A stretch of 64,000 nucleotides of DNA, from NCBI RefSeq assembly GCF_001194135.2, contig NC_068983.1, forward strand, positions 96,696,170 through 96,760,169, read 5' to 3'. Made by a program: the position numbers and the translations under genes. Below the pieces are notes generated by a model. That model worked only from the letters and a program-made list of their open reading frames with translations, searched no databases and had not been told where the DNA came from. Shown one piece after another: positions 27,373 through 39,826 of the stretch (position 1 is its first letter; each line of letters begins with the position of its first letter). Source of the DNA: Octopus bimaculoides. Taxonomy: Eukaryota.

Positions 27373-28769
27373 AACATCACCACTACCTATTAGCATCATC
27401 AGTATCATCATAAGAATAATTACTCGTCACCGCCGCTCTTATATCATTTAACGTTGCCATTCCAACATTTCTACGAAACGTTATGTTGTAGCAACAGAAC
27501 ACTGGATAGGACAATTGGAAAAAAGATTTTTAGCAAACTGCTGGGGTTCAAATCAACCGGAGTAAATTTAATTTTCATTGCTCCAGGGCAATATATNNNN
27601 NNNNNNNNNNNNNNNNNNNNNNNNNNNNNNNNNNNNNNNNNNNNNNNNNNNNNNNNNNNNNNNNNNNNNNNNNNNNNNNNNNNNNNNNNNNNNNNNNNNN
27701 NNNNNNNNNNNNNNNNNNNNNNNNNNNNNNNNNNNNNNNNNNNNNNNNNNNNNNNNNNNNNNNNNNNNNNNNNNNNNNNNNNNNNNNNNNNNNNNNNNNN
27801 NNNNNNNNNNNNNNNNNNNNNNNNNNNNNNNNNNNNNNNNNNNNNNNNNNNNNNNNNNNNNNNNNNNNNNNNNNNNNNNNNNNNNNNNNNNNNNNNNNNN
27901 NNNNNNNNNNNNNNNNNNNNNNNNNNNNNNNNNNNNNNNNNNNNNNNNNNNNNNNNNNNNNNNNNNNNNNNNNNNNNNNNNNNNNNNNNNNNNNNNNNNN
28001 NNNNNNNNNNNNNNNNNNNNNNNNNNNNNNNNNNNNNNNNNNNNNNNNNNNNNNNNNNNNNNNNNNNNNNNNNNNNNNNNNNNNNNNNNNNNNNNNNNNN
28101 NNNNNNNNNNNNNNNNNNNNNNNNNNNNNNNNNNNNNNNNNNNNNNNNNNNNNNNNNNNNNNNNNNNNNNNNNNNNNNNNNNNNNNNNNNNNNNNNNNNN
28201 NNNNNNNNNNNNNNNNNNNNNNNNNNNNNNNNNNNNNNNNNNNNNNNNNNNNNNAGCCAAGGAAGCCTTCTCCGCAGTCCTACAACTTACCTGACCCAGC
28301 CAATGAGGGAACCTCTAAGCAGTTACTCAATCTGCTAGAAATGGTAAGCAAATTTCTCTCGTAACGAATCATCACCTACTCATAGTCATCATGTGCGAAT
28401 ACATTTACAATGACTCCAACTCAACAAGGCAGCCGGCTTTGAAGGCGTCTTTTTCATGATCCTTAATCACAACAGCCTAAAGCTAGCTTATATCGTCATC
28501 AAACTTTTCAACCTTTCTCTCCTTCTTTCCAGGTGTTGATCCTAATATTTAAGAGGTATGTCAATGTGTCCCAGCTCAAAGGGAAGCTGTTATAATTTAG
28601 CGTTGGCATTCATTCCAATATCTCAAAGGTAATGAAAATAGTTGTCAGGTTAGATCTACAATCTATCTGTAACATACTGCTCACAACAATGAGACGTAGC
28701 TGTTACCTACGCGCTAACACCCTCGACTGAGTAAAATGATAATAATCGTAATAATATGATGCAGTACTA

Positions 28770-29145
28770 GACAGTGGTTCTCGTGGCTTTTGATCCTAAC
28801 TGATTGGAAGTATTATCATGTACATTGTTTTGTCTTGGTATAAAGGATGGGCTACAACAAATATTCTGCTCAATACCACAGATTTGCTTGTCAGTTGCTT
28901 GACCTTAACCAGTTGAGCATGTCCCTTAATAGTTGATGATATGTGCATATCTGATCATGAGCAGAAGTAGTGAGGGTACCTCATAACGATATGGTGCGAG
29001 GAATTCTTTGGTGTTTGCATATTTCATCTCTGGAAACATTCGTGTTTTGTTTATCATTCTTAAACGAGCTTTATTCAGGAACCTTTTGAGCAGGATGAGC
29101 TACTCAACCTGAAGAAAATTCTAACTGGGTTCCACTTGTAAGGTC
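28770..29145. repeat. Dispersed repeat family D (retroposon-like)
   Basis: Homologous to 20370-20585. Confidence 0.65.
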
Positions 29146-29348
29146 ATGCGCTGTTTATCGTGATATGAGATCACCATGTCGCGCACATATGGTTGTTGTA
29201 CATGTGCCTGGTGTATCCTTATCAGACGGGTAGTCATGACGGGTATATTTTACCCCAGTGTCACTTTGATGGCATGCACTACTCTCTCACACAACAACAA
29301 CAACAACAACAATGACAACAACAACAACAACAACAATAATAATAATAA

Positions 29349-29562
29349 TCCTTTCTACTATAGGCACAAGACCTGAAATTGTGGTGGAGGGGAATAATCG
29401 ATTACATCGACCCCAGAACTCAACTGGTACTTAATTTATCGACCCCGAAAAGATGAAAGTTAAAATAGACCTCAGTGGATTTTGAACTCATAACATAGAG
29501 ACAAACGAAATGCCGCCAAGCATTTTGCCCGGCGTTCTAACGATTTTGTCCGATTGCTGCCC
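29349..29562 (-). mobile_element. SINE family A, full length, next to (AAC)n(AAT)n
   Basis: Reverse complement of 39612-39826. Confidence 0.85.
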
Positions 29563-29565
29563 TAA

Positions 29566-30527
29566 TAAATTCCAAACTGGAAGAGCGCAGGGGTAGGTGG
29601 TGTCCAAGGTAATTGGATGAAGCTGAGAGGGCTCCACGAAAAGATAGCAGAGCAACTGGACAAGTGCTTGCAGGAAGTCTCTATACTCTGCTGGATGACA
29701 AAAGGAGAGACATTGTTATGTGTCAAGGATCTTGAAAAGGGTAATATTGCATCCATCTTTCGACCAATAACGTGTCTTTTGCTCATGCCGAATCTGTTGT
29801 TAGATTTTGGCCGGTAATGGACACTTAGAAAAAAGTGGGCCGCTACCTACTGAACAGAATGGTTGCCGGAAAAAGAACGGGAAAATGAAAGATCAGATGT
29901 TAATTGATAAAGTAATCATCAGAAACTGCAAGAGAAAGCACATGGATTGATTATCGTAAAGCATATGATATGATACCATACTCTTGGATAACAAGAACTA
30001 GGGGAATGTATGGAGTAGGAGAAAACATGAGACGCCTAATATGGAGCAGTATGACATGATGGAGAATTGAATTGACAGCAGATAGTCAGGTATTTCGAGA
30101 AGTGATAATTAGGAAAGGAATCTTCCAGGGAGACAGTGTATCTCCACTGATCTTTGTGCAAAGAATGATTCACTTGAATGATATATTGCGGAAGACAAAG
30201 TTGAGATATGATCTAGAAAAGCTTAATCACCTGCTATTTATGAATGAATAGAAGTTTTTTCAAAAAAGTGAGACAGAACTGGACAGTCTAGTCCAGTCTG
30301 TGTGGATTTTTTTCTAATGATATCAAAATGGGGTTTGGACTTTCAAAATATGCTGCGATAGTGGTGAGATGAAGAAAGTTTGTCAGAACAGAAGGTGTAT
30401 GTACGCCAAGAGGTGAAATGACGAAGGCAATTGAACCTAAATCCGGAATTAAATACCTGGGAATACTCGAGACAGATGGAATTAAGCATAATGATATGAA
30501 AGAAAAGGCAAGGAAAGAGTATCTAGA
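29566..30527 (+). pseudogene. R4/Dong-clade reverse transcriptase fragment
   Basis: PNWKSAGVGGVQG..., [74 protein letters not shown]; several stops and frameshifts. Confidence 0.9.
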
Positions 30528-32399
30528 TATCTAGCTCAACGACGCGCGGCTTCAGCTGCCCTTCTCCTCCTTTTGCTACCTTATAAAAAAGGAAATATAC
30601 GCAATTGAAATAGTCTCTTAGAAAATATAGAAGTCCCAATTCATTCTGAACCCTAAAGAAACAATAACGTCGCAGTCAAATTTGGCAGCATTTGAACTTG
30701 GAAAATAACATACAGAGACTACATTAAATACTACATAACGTCGAATCTGGTTTTCTATCAGTTTTGCCTTTCCAGCACATTTAGTTAAAAAGCGAAACTT
30801 GCCATAGACAACCTCCTTTTGTTCCAATAGCTGTAAATGTAAAGTTGTCAGTGTAACGTGACTCTCATTCATGGTTCCATATGATAGTCACGTCATTCCA
30901 TTGATATATACTGAACATGTTTGGACGACAACTGATTATAGAGCAGCAACTTGTTAATTCTTTTTCTTAATCTTGTCACCGACAATATCTTGTCACTAGC
31001 AATATGGTGACGAATTATAATTATTTTGTCATCTTATTGTTGTCATCTGCAGCCGTTAAATAGATTGTTTGAGGAGGACAATTATAGTGTAAGTGATCAG
31101 CCTATTCTTATAGTTTGTAAACTACTTACATGGTTCGCAATAAAACTAGTGATTCTATGACGTATACAATCTTTAACAACTCATGACACCTGTTATAACG
31201 TTACCATAGATACTAATTAGCTATTGTGACTGACATGACAGCTATCACATAGCGTAACCATAGGTACTCTTTCGCAACTCGTGAAACCTGTCAGTGTTGC
31301 CATATACATCGTCTCTCATTTATGACTGACATTTGCTTACAATTATCCAGGGGTAATCATGAATAGAATTTCAGATATGTAATGAATATTTACTGATATG
31401 TTTCATTTGAATTCTTGTTTAATATAAGAAAGATAGATTTGTTCATAGTCTCTGCAGTTTCACTCAGACTGAGGAAGTCGATGCACTTGATCAGGAAGAA
31501 AATCTGTTTTGATGAAAAAGAATTGGGGAAAGTTCTCTGTGTGTTGTTACTAGTGGAATAAGAAAAGAATATATGGGTGCATTGATGGAGATTTGCTGAT
31601 GATAGTAGACATGTTACTAGTTCGAAGGAGAAGAAGCAATTTAAGACTCAAGCATTTGTCTACTTTTCATAGCAACCAGACATTAATAAAGTGCCGAAAC
31701 CGTATCACAAGACAAGGCTTATCTTTCTACTAAAGGTAATATTTTAACCAAATAAAACATATTCGTAGAAAATAATCAGCAAAAATAACTTTCTGATTTC
31801 TTTTTACTCCTATCTACACTTACCTTGTGCGGAATTCTTTTCTGCTCTTGTCGTTTTCGCTGGGTCACCACTCACAAATCTCCTATTAAAGATTTCACTT
31901 CAACCTCCCTTCACATTCTACGCGAAATTCAAACAACTCGAGTGTGATATAAAAAGTCGTTAATATCAATTAACCGCCGTTATGGCTAAGTCCGAACCAA
32001 ATTTGCACGAGATTTGTTGTTTCATTCGTCATTGTCCTTTTACCCTTGAACTCCTTCATCGGCAACAAATACTCATTCTAATCACTTTCAAATCTTCCTG
32101 GCAAATTAACAACCATGATATATATAATTGGTCACACGTCTGGGGCGGTGTGACTTCACCCCACCACCTAAACATACCTACAAGCACATAACGAAACATC
32201 CTTGAATGCAAAACACAACACTCTATTTGGCACACATGCAGGCTTCGTTGCATAGAATGAAGATATGGCTCTTTCTGATTGCCAATCCGTTCACCGGAGA
32301 TTTTTTTGTCCACCGCCCCTACCCCACCCCACCCCGCATGTTTGGCGATACATACTCTTCTATTGATGTTTGCACTGTTTACTCTTTGAGTTTCTGGAC

Positions 32400-32640
32400 A
32401 CAGTTGTCATCAACATGTAACATAGATCCCTCACATCAAACAAACATATACCGTATCTATAAGCAGATCCTGCGAACCGTCTTTCAGTGGAAATAAAAGA
32501 ACATGATCGTATTCAACACGCCCAGCATTCAATTGCTACACATTTTAAGTAACAAAAAAACGTCAAATGCCACCAGGTTAATCATGAACAAATTACAACC
32601 TTCAAAACCGCTAAAATTTCAACACTTTAAAGTTTTTTGA
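32400..32640 (+). mobile_element. Penelope-like element GIY-YIG relic
   Basis: ...TCNIDPSHQTNIYRIY..., then after a frameshift IKEHDRIQHAQHSIATHFK, resembling the R-I-x-E-H...S-x-V-A-x-H part of PLE endonucleases. Confidence 0.45.
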
Positions 32641-33638
32641 TTTCTCATGGTGATAGATATTACGTATATATCGGCACTAGAATTGTATCACATGCACAAG
32701 ATTTTCATTCTGGAAGCTGTATTCCCGTTTTTCTTAGTACACACGCACGCACGCATGCACGCACGCACGCGCACAGAAAGAGAGAGAAGGAGAGAGACAT
32801 ACACACAAACACACACACACACACATAAACAAACATACACACACACAAACACACATACACACACCCACACATTTAAATTTTCCCACATGAGAATTTATCT
32901 CTGCGATAATATTACTCTAAGTATCAGTATATTGTTGATGATGGATCTGTAGATTAGGACATTGTATTTCATGTTTTTCAATTTACAAGATTAAAATGGT
33001 TTTTCCTTCAGTGAAGCATCCAGTTCTTTTCTGTAGCTTGGCCATTTAATTTCAACTCCTTCAGCGATTATTTTATTCATACGTCTTGATTATTTTAGTT
33101 GGAAGTTTGGCCCTTCGTCATTCCTGGGTATTATTATTCACTTTCTCATATTTTATAGCGATTTGCCTTTTCCTACTTTTAGCGATGATTCACTGTTTCG
33201 AAACCATATGCCTGAGCCCAACGGTCTTAGCACAACGCCTTTTTTTCTTTCTGGGTTACTTATAATTATTTCCTTTTATAATATCACGGAGAGATGATGT
33301 GGAGGAAATGGAGGCAAGTTACTTGACGGATTCTAATCCATTTCCACACAGCACAGAGACTGAATTAGTGGTAGATCGAATTAATAGTGAGTTGTTTCCC
33401 TTCCCTCAGTAAACCTACTCTAAATATGACCAAAGCTGGATATTCGAAAAGATATATCAGTTACATTATGGATGGTTATTTCTTCTCAGAAATTTCCCGA
33501 AGTTCTTTTAACATTTTCTCTTGTGGCGTTCTGTTCACTATTTATGCACTTACCCCGACAAAACTTACTTCTGTTATTATTGGTACCGACTTGTTTTAAT
33601 TCTTATTTAAATCTAACTGTTTGTAAAATTGCTTAAGG

Positions 33639-34088
33639 CAGTGGTTCTCAACCGGGGTCCATGTGGCTCTATGAAGGTCCACATAACATTTTTTATATTG
33701 GGATTCATGCAATAAAGTAGTAAATTGGGGCTCCGGAAAAATGTTTGCTTTAGGTGCATGTATTGGTATGAATTGAAAAAAACAAAACACAACAAAAAAA
33801 AAAAAACAGCGAGGTTTCTTTCTCTGACGTTTTAAATTGGGGATCCACAAAAGTATTTTAAGGACCCTTCAAAAAAATTTTGCTTCAGACGTATTGATTA
33901 GTACGTATTGTTAGAAGCAGCTAGGATTCTTTCTCTAGCGTTTTGTATAATTCAATCTACACAAATCAATGTATGAAAAACAAAATTGGAATTTTGAAAT
34001 AAATTTCTATATAACTAGTTTTTAAACATCGAATGGTAAAATAATATTTCAAAGGGGTCTATAGATAAAAAGTGGTTGAGAACTCCTG
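33639..34088. mobile_element. hAT (Charlie-type) MITE with an internal duplication and a 7/8 TSD
   Basis: cagtggttctcaacc...ggttgagaactcctg; flanks gcttaagg and gcttaaga. Confidence 0.85.
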
Positions 34089-34375
34089 GCTTAAGATCTG
34101 GGTCGAACTGCTTGCTTAGCTCAAAGCTTCACTGTCGCTTTCCATACTAATACGTTTTTTGAAATACGAAGACAATCTCTTATTCTGGGCAGTTCTTGAT
34201 TTTGGGTGCCCTTGCTTACCTTTGTCTAATATTATATGTCTATGTGTAGTTTCCATTTCATCTATTTTCGGTGATTGATCTATTTAAGGATTGAAATATT
34301 TTTATAATTTTATTTTTCAATTCTTCTTGGTATTTTTGTTTTCGACATTTGCTTGCTTGTTTTGATATACGCATT

Positions 34376-34480
34376 GAAGAAGAAGAAGAAGAAGAAGAAG
34401 AAGAAGAAGAAGAAGAAGAAGAAGAAGAAGAAGAAGAAGAAGAAGAAGAAGAAGAAGAAGAAGAAGAAGAAGAAGAAGAA
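34376..34480. repeat. (GAA)n microsatellite
   Basis: Direct reading. It produces the spurious poly-E and poly-S ORFs. Confidence 0.95.
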
Positions 34481-34984
34481 GCCATAGCTGTAGTAGTAAT
34501 AGTAGAGGAGGAGAAGGAGGCGGAGGATAACGAAGAAGAAGGAGGAAGACGAGGATTACATCAACAATATTGAAAACAAAAATACTATAAATAACAAGAG
34601 CGACAATAACAACTAGAAGAACATGTACAACGCTGATGATAACCGTATCTACTGATGCGGCAATAATTTCTTATTGACATGAAAAACATGAAATAACACA
34701 AACACACAAATAAATACAATTCTAAAGTATGGAAATAATACTATAAAACAGATTTCTACAGAACCATTATCAGAGTTAATCCTCTGACTTTGCTCCTACT
34801 GAACCCCGAAACTTGAAATGGTTCGAAACTACAACAAATTTTAATAAATCCCATTTGAACACGAACTTTGTATGGCTGAATTCCTGACAATGATAGGGAG
34901 AGATTTAAATTTTAAAATCAGATTTAAGCTTGAAAAACAAAACAAAGAACAACAAATTCATGCAAAAACAACTGCATGCAAGCA

Positions 34985-35020
<36 letters not shown>

Positions 35021-35973
35021 NNNNNNNNNNNNNNNNNNNNNNNNNNNNNNNNNNNNNNNNNNNNNNNNNNNNNNNNNNNNNNNNNNNNNNNNNNNNNNNN
35101 NNNNNNNNNNNNNNNNNNNNNNNNNNNNNNNNNNNNNNNNNNNNNNNNNNNNNNNNNNNNNNNNNNNNNNNNNNNNNNNNNNNNNNNNNNNNNNNNNNNN
35201 NNNNNNNNNNNNNNNNNNNNNNNNNNNNNNNNNNNNNNNNNNNNNNNNNNNNNNNNNNNNNNNNNNNNNNNNNNNNNNNNNNNNNNNNNNNNNNNNNNNN
35301 NNNNNNNNNNNNNNNNNNNNNNNNNNNNNNNNNNNNNNNNNNNNNNNNNNNNNNNNNNNNNNNNNNNNNNNNNNNNNNNNNNNNNNNNNNNNNNNNNNNN
35401 NNNNNNNNNNNNNNNNNNNNNNNNNNNNNNNNNNNNNNNNNNNNNNNNNNNNNNNNNNNNNNNNNNNNNNNNNNNNNNNNNNNNNNNNNNNNNNNNNNNN
35501 NNNNNNNNNNNNNNNNNNNNNNNNNNNNNNNNNNNNNNNNNNNNNNNNNNNNNNNNNNNNNNNNNNNNNNNNNNNNNNNNNNNNNNNNNNNNNNNNNNNN
35601 NNNNNNNNNNNNNNNNNNNNNNNNNNNNNNNNNNNNNNNNNNNNNNNNNNNNNNNNNNNNNNNNNNNNNNNNNNNNNNNNNNNNNNNNNNNNNNNNNNNN
35701 NNNNNNNNNNNNNNNNNNNNNNNNNNNNNNNNNNNNNNNNNNNNNNNNNNNNNNNNNNNNNNNNNNNNNNNNNNNNNNNNNNNNNNNNNNNNNNNNNNNN
35801 NNNNNNNNNNNNNNNNNNNNNNNNNNNNNNNNNNNNNNNNNNNNNNNNNNNNNNNNNNNNNNNNNNNNNNNNNNNNNNNNNNNNNNNNNNNNNNNNNNNN
35901 NNNNNNNNNNNNNNNNNNNNNNNNNNNNNNNNNNNNNNNNNNNNNATAAAATCTTGAACTCAATGTTATATAT

Positions 35974-36366
35974 AACAAGAGCACTCAAAGAGCGCAAACC
36001 TCCGCCAAGGCAACAGCAAAGTCCTCTAAACGATTAGCCAACGATTAGCCAGAGATGAGAATATATGAAACAAACTCAACTGCTCTCACAAACGATAATA
36101 CTTAAAATGAACCCGACTGCTCTCAAAAATTAAGTAAAGAAAAAACAAAAAAAAAACAGGAAAAATAATCCAGAATCCTTGTCCGGTACCGGATCGATCC
36201 TAAAATCTAATCAGTTTGTACCAATCACGAGGCCAAACATCTCTGAAAGTTTCATCCGAATCCATTCAGCAGTACTTGAGATGTCTTGTCCTCAGACAAA
36301 CGAACAAACAAACGAACAAACAAGACTGAAAACAATACCTCCGCCTTCGCTAAGGTGGAGGTAATA
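35974..36366 (+). mobile_element. Helentron-type non-autonomous element (HINE/DINE-1-like)
   Basis: Starts AACAAG; acctccgcc near the 5' end; internal (GAACAAACAAAC) microsatellite; 3' 12-bp stem-loop tacctccgcctt-cgct-aaggtggaggta at 36336-36363. Confidence 0.7.
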
Positions 36367-37020
36367 AATACTAGCATATTTATATGAGCAGATAAATACA
36401 TTAATATATATACATACACACACACTCATATATGAACCATGAATGTATTAACTATATTATACTCAACGTTATGTACTTCAAGTTTGCCCTTCATCATCTT
36501 GAATCCGGTTTGACCCCAGAGATCAGTCGCAAAAAAATAAATATGACAAGATTATTGGGATGGACTCGAGAATGTCAAACTTTACTCCCTTGCAATGACA
36601 CCTGAGTGCTATATCATTTTATGATGTGGAAATGTTTCCAACAGCATTGCCCGAATGATAGTGGTATCAGCTTTGAAATTCATGCAATTCCGTCCTCTAC
36701 AAAAGTCATGCATGCTTCACATCGCGACACTTAGAGAACTATTTCACTCCAACTGTCTCTGATACCTTTGACATCATTCTAAGACATATAAGAAAAGAAA
36801 AAAAGATCACATAACATTTTAACGGTTCCTGGATGAATATCTTTAGCAAATTCCCGAAACACATACACCCAAATATATCTGTACAAAGAATACCTCTTTA
36901 CTCAAATGGGCTACAGTCTTCAAAGAATGACTGTACTATAATATGAAACATCTATAAATATCTTTTCCAGATGGTGCTGTTATAGCGGAAACTTAACTAA
37001 GTATATAACTTATCTAAGTG

Positions 37021-37066
<46 letters not shown>

Positions 37067-37102
37067 TGTATGTATGTATGTATGTATGTATGTATGTATA
37101 TA

Positions 37103-38376
37103 GAGGGGCTGGACAGAATAATGGAAACACCTAGCATCATAGCATCGTAATTTTGAAATATCTATAAAACCGTCAAAAGCTTATTTATTTTTATGTTATT
37201 TTGATTTATTATTAGTGTTGCTTAATATGTTTTGCTAAAAATTGCTGTTTCTTTTCAGATATCATCAGAAAAAGGTAATTAAACTACATTAAAATGACAG
37301 ATCTATCGGGCTTCCAAAGAGGTCAAATCGTTGGTGCTCGTATGGCCGGCGCTAGCGTAACGAAAACAGCCGAAATGTTTCGTGTATCAAGAAATAATGT
37401 CTCGAAAATAAAGACAGAGTTTGGAAAAAAGAGGGAAAACCTCCTCGTCAAAACAAAACTCAGGAAGAAAACCAAAACTTTCAGATAGGGACCATCGGAC
37501 TCTTGCGCGAATTGTTAGAAAGGATCACAAAAGTACAGCTCCCAAAATTACTGCAGAGTTTAATGACCACCTCGAGAACCCAGTTTCCACAAAATCTGTT
37601 CGATGGGAGTTGCACAAAGCCGGATTTTACGGGAGGGCTGCAATTAGAAAACCACTACTTTAAAAAACAAACTTTGCAAAGCGTTTAGCATGGAGAAAAA
37701 ACCTACATAATTGGTCCCTAGAGCAGTGGAAGAATGTTATTTTCTTGGATAAGTCATCCTTTACCTTATTTCCGACCACCGGCCGAGTATACGAGTGGAG
37801 ACAACCAAAAGAAGCATTTGACCCAGACTGCTTTCTTCAAACTGTTAAACATGGAAGAGGATCTGTGATGATCTGGCGGGATATATCTTGGAAATCCAAT
37901 GGCCCAATGGTTTCCCTACATGGCAGAATTAATAGTCAAGACTATTTAAGCATTTTATCTGATTACATTCATCCTATGTTTGCGGAACTGTTTCCGGAGG
38001 GAAACGGCATCTTTCAGGATGATAATGCATCAATTCACACAGCTGAAATGTTACTGAAAGGCACGAGGAACATTCTAGTGAAATTGAACATCTCATGTAG
38101 CCATCACAGTCCCCAGATCTCAATATTATTGAACATTTATAGTGCATTTTAGAAAAACAAGTAAGGAGTCGATATCCTCCACCATCATCACTACAAGAAC
38201 TGGAGACTGTTTTAGCTGAAGAATGAACAAAATTCCTTTGGAAACAATTCAAACTTTGTACGAGTCCATACCTCATAGAATTCAAGCTGTAATTACTACC
38301 AATGGTGGTCCTACCCCATATTAAAATGAATTTGTTTAAAATTTGAAGGTGTTTCTATTATTTTGTCCAACCCCTG
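37103..38376 (+). mobile_element. Near-full-length Tc1 element (1274 bp)
   Basis: About 30-bp TIRs (gaggggctggacagaataatggaaacacct / aggtgtttctattattttgtccaacccctg), TA on both sides, inserted in (TATG)n. Confidence 0.95.
37294..38323 (+). pseudogene. Tc1 transposase with frameshifts and stops
   Basis: MTDLSGFQRGQIVGARMAGASVTKTAE (HTH), GRKPKLS, GRAAIRKPLL, WKNVIFLDKSSF, VKHGRGSVMIW, FQDDNASIH, SPDLNIIEHL. Confidence 0.92.
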
Positions 38377-38486
38377 TATATGTATGTATGTATGTATACG
38401 TTTTGTTTTTATGTTGAGTTACAATAAAAAAATATTTCCATTAGTATGATGGGTTACTATATGCTTTTGTAGAGTACAAATTTATT

Positions 38487-38603
38487 CTTAAACAAGAATA
38501 TTATCAACAGTGACTTCAAAGTTTCAACTAGCAACGCCATCGTCCGAAATAGGCTTAGCTGGCCGAAACTTCGAAGTCACTGTCAACTTTATTCTTGTTT
38601 AAG
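38487..38603. repeat. Imperfect 46-bp inverted repeat with a 25-bp loop
   Basis: cttaaacaagaata...acagtgacttcaaagtttc versus gaaacttcgaagtcactgt...tattcttgtttaag. Confidence 0.8.
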
Positions 38604-38607
38604 TATC

Positions 38608-38659
<52 letters not shown>

Positions 38660-39611
38660 TTAAGTGTATGTGTTTGTGTGTATAGACACACACACACACA
38701 CACACATACTAATATGCAAATATCTTATCTCTTTAGCTAAATAGTTTTTTTTTCTCTTATACCCATATATTCCTTAATGTGTGTGCCACATAGCTGATAT
38801 TAAACTGCAGGTAATTTAGATATTTGATTTAAAGCCGTTTTCTGCCCCCGAGCTTTCACTGTCATGGCACCGTTTTGTACCATGTCTTTAACCTTAGTTA
38901 TCATTTGACTTCTTAAGCAATATTCATATTCTCTTTCATAACCTGGAGAGAACTTCTGTCTTATTTTTCCCTAAGGGTTCGTTGCATAAAACTACATTTT
39001 CACCCCTAACCAATGTGATTTTTAGATTTCAGGAATATCATGTCATCTTTTTTGTTCTTTATTCTATGATCAATACGATATACATTTTATCTCTCTGCTC
39101 GATCCCTGCCTCTTTCATTCAATAGTTTTTTTCTGCATAGCATATCAATACACAATATTTCCAACTAATACTCTATAAAATTTTTGTAAAACTATTTTTA
39201 AGTTACTGAATTATTTTTTCAAAACATATTACTCGCTCTATCGAAAGGTATACATCTCATTCTATAGTTATACTGTACTTTACATAGCGTATAATTTTTT
39301 TTAATATTTAAGATCTCATACTTACTTCCTTCGGCCATTAAATAAATTGCATAATTTTTATTTCACTATATATCTGTATTGTATAAATTTTATGCTGTGA
39401 TCTACTTGTACTTTTATCATTTTTTCACTGGTTCACAACTGCAACTTCGTCAACCATCTGAGGTCTTATATTTCATTACACTGTGTAACACGATTTTTTT
39501 TTACCTTGGGTAACAACTGTTATTTTATCTTTGCTTATTGCTAGAAAGCATGAAAAATAGTTAATATTTCCTTCAAACTTTACTTTTGTTACGATATTTA
39601 TCCAAACCTAA

Positions 39612-39826
39612 GGCGGCGAGCTGGCAGAAACGTTACCACGCCGGGCGAAATGCTTAGCCGTATTTCTTCTGCTTTTATGTTCTGAGTTCAAATTCCGCCG
39701 AGGTCGACTTTGCCTTTCATCCTTTCGGGGTCGATAGATTAAGTACCATTTGCGTGCTGGGGTCGATCTAATCGACTGACCCTCTCCCGCAAAATTTCGG
39801 CCTTTGTGCCTAGAATAGAAAAGGAT
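39612..39826 (+). mobile_element. SINE family A, full-length reference copy (tRNA head; central domain possibly Meta/MESC-like)
   Basis: A-box-like gagctggcagaaacg, B-box gagttcaaattcc at 39684-39696, core gcctttcatcctttcggggtcgat. The superfamily assignment is from memory and unverified. Confidence 0.88.

Noticed and set aside
31824-31950. Strong minus-strand donor AAG|gtaagt
   Set aside because: All upstream frames hit stops before a good acceptor; at best a non-coding or cryptic exon.
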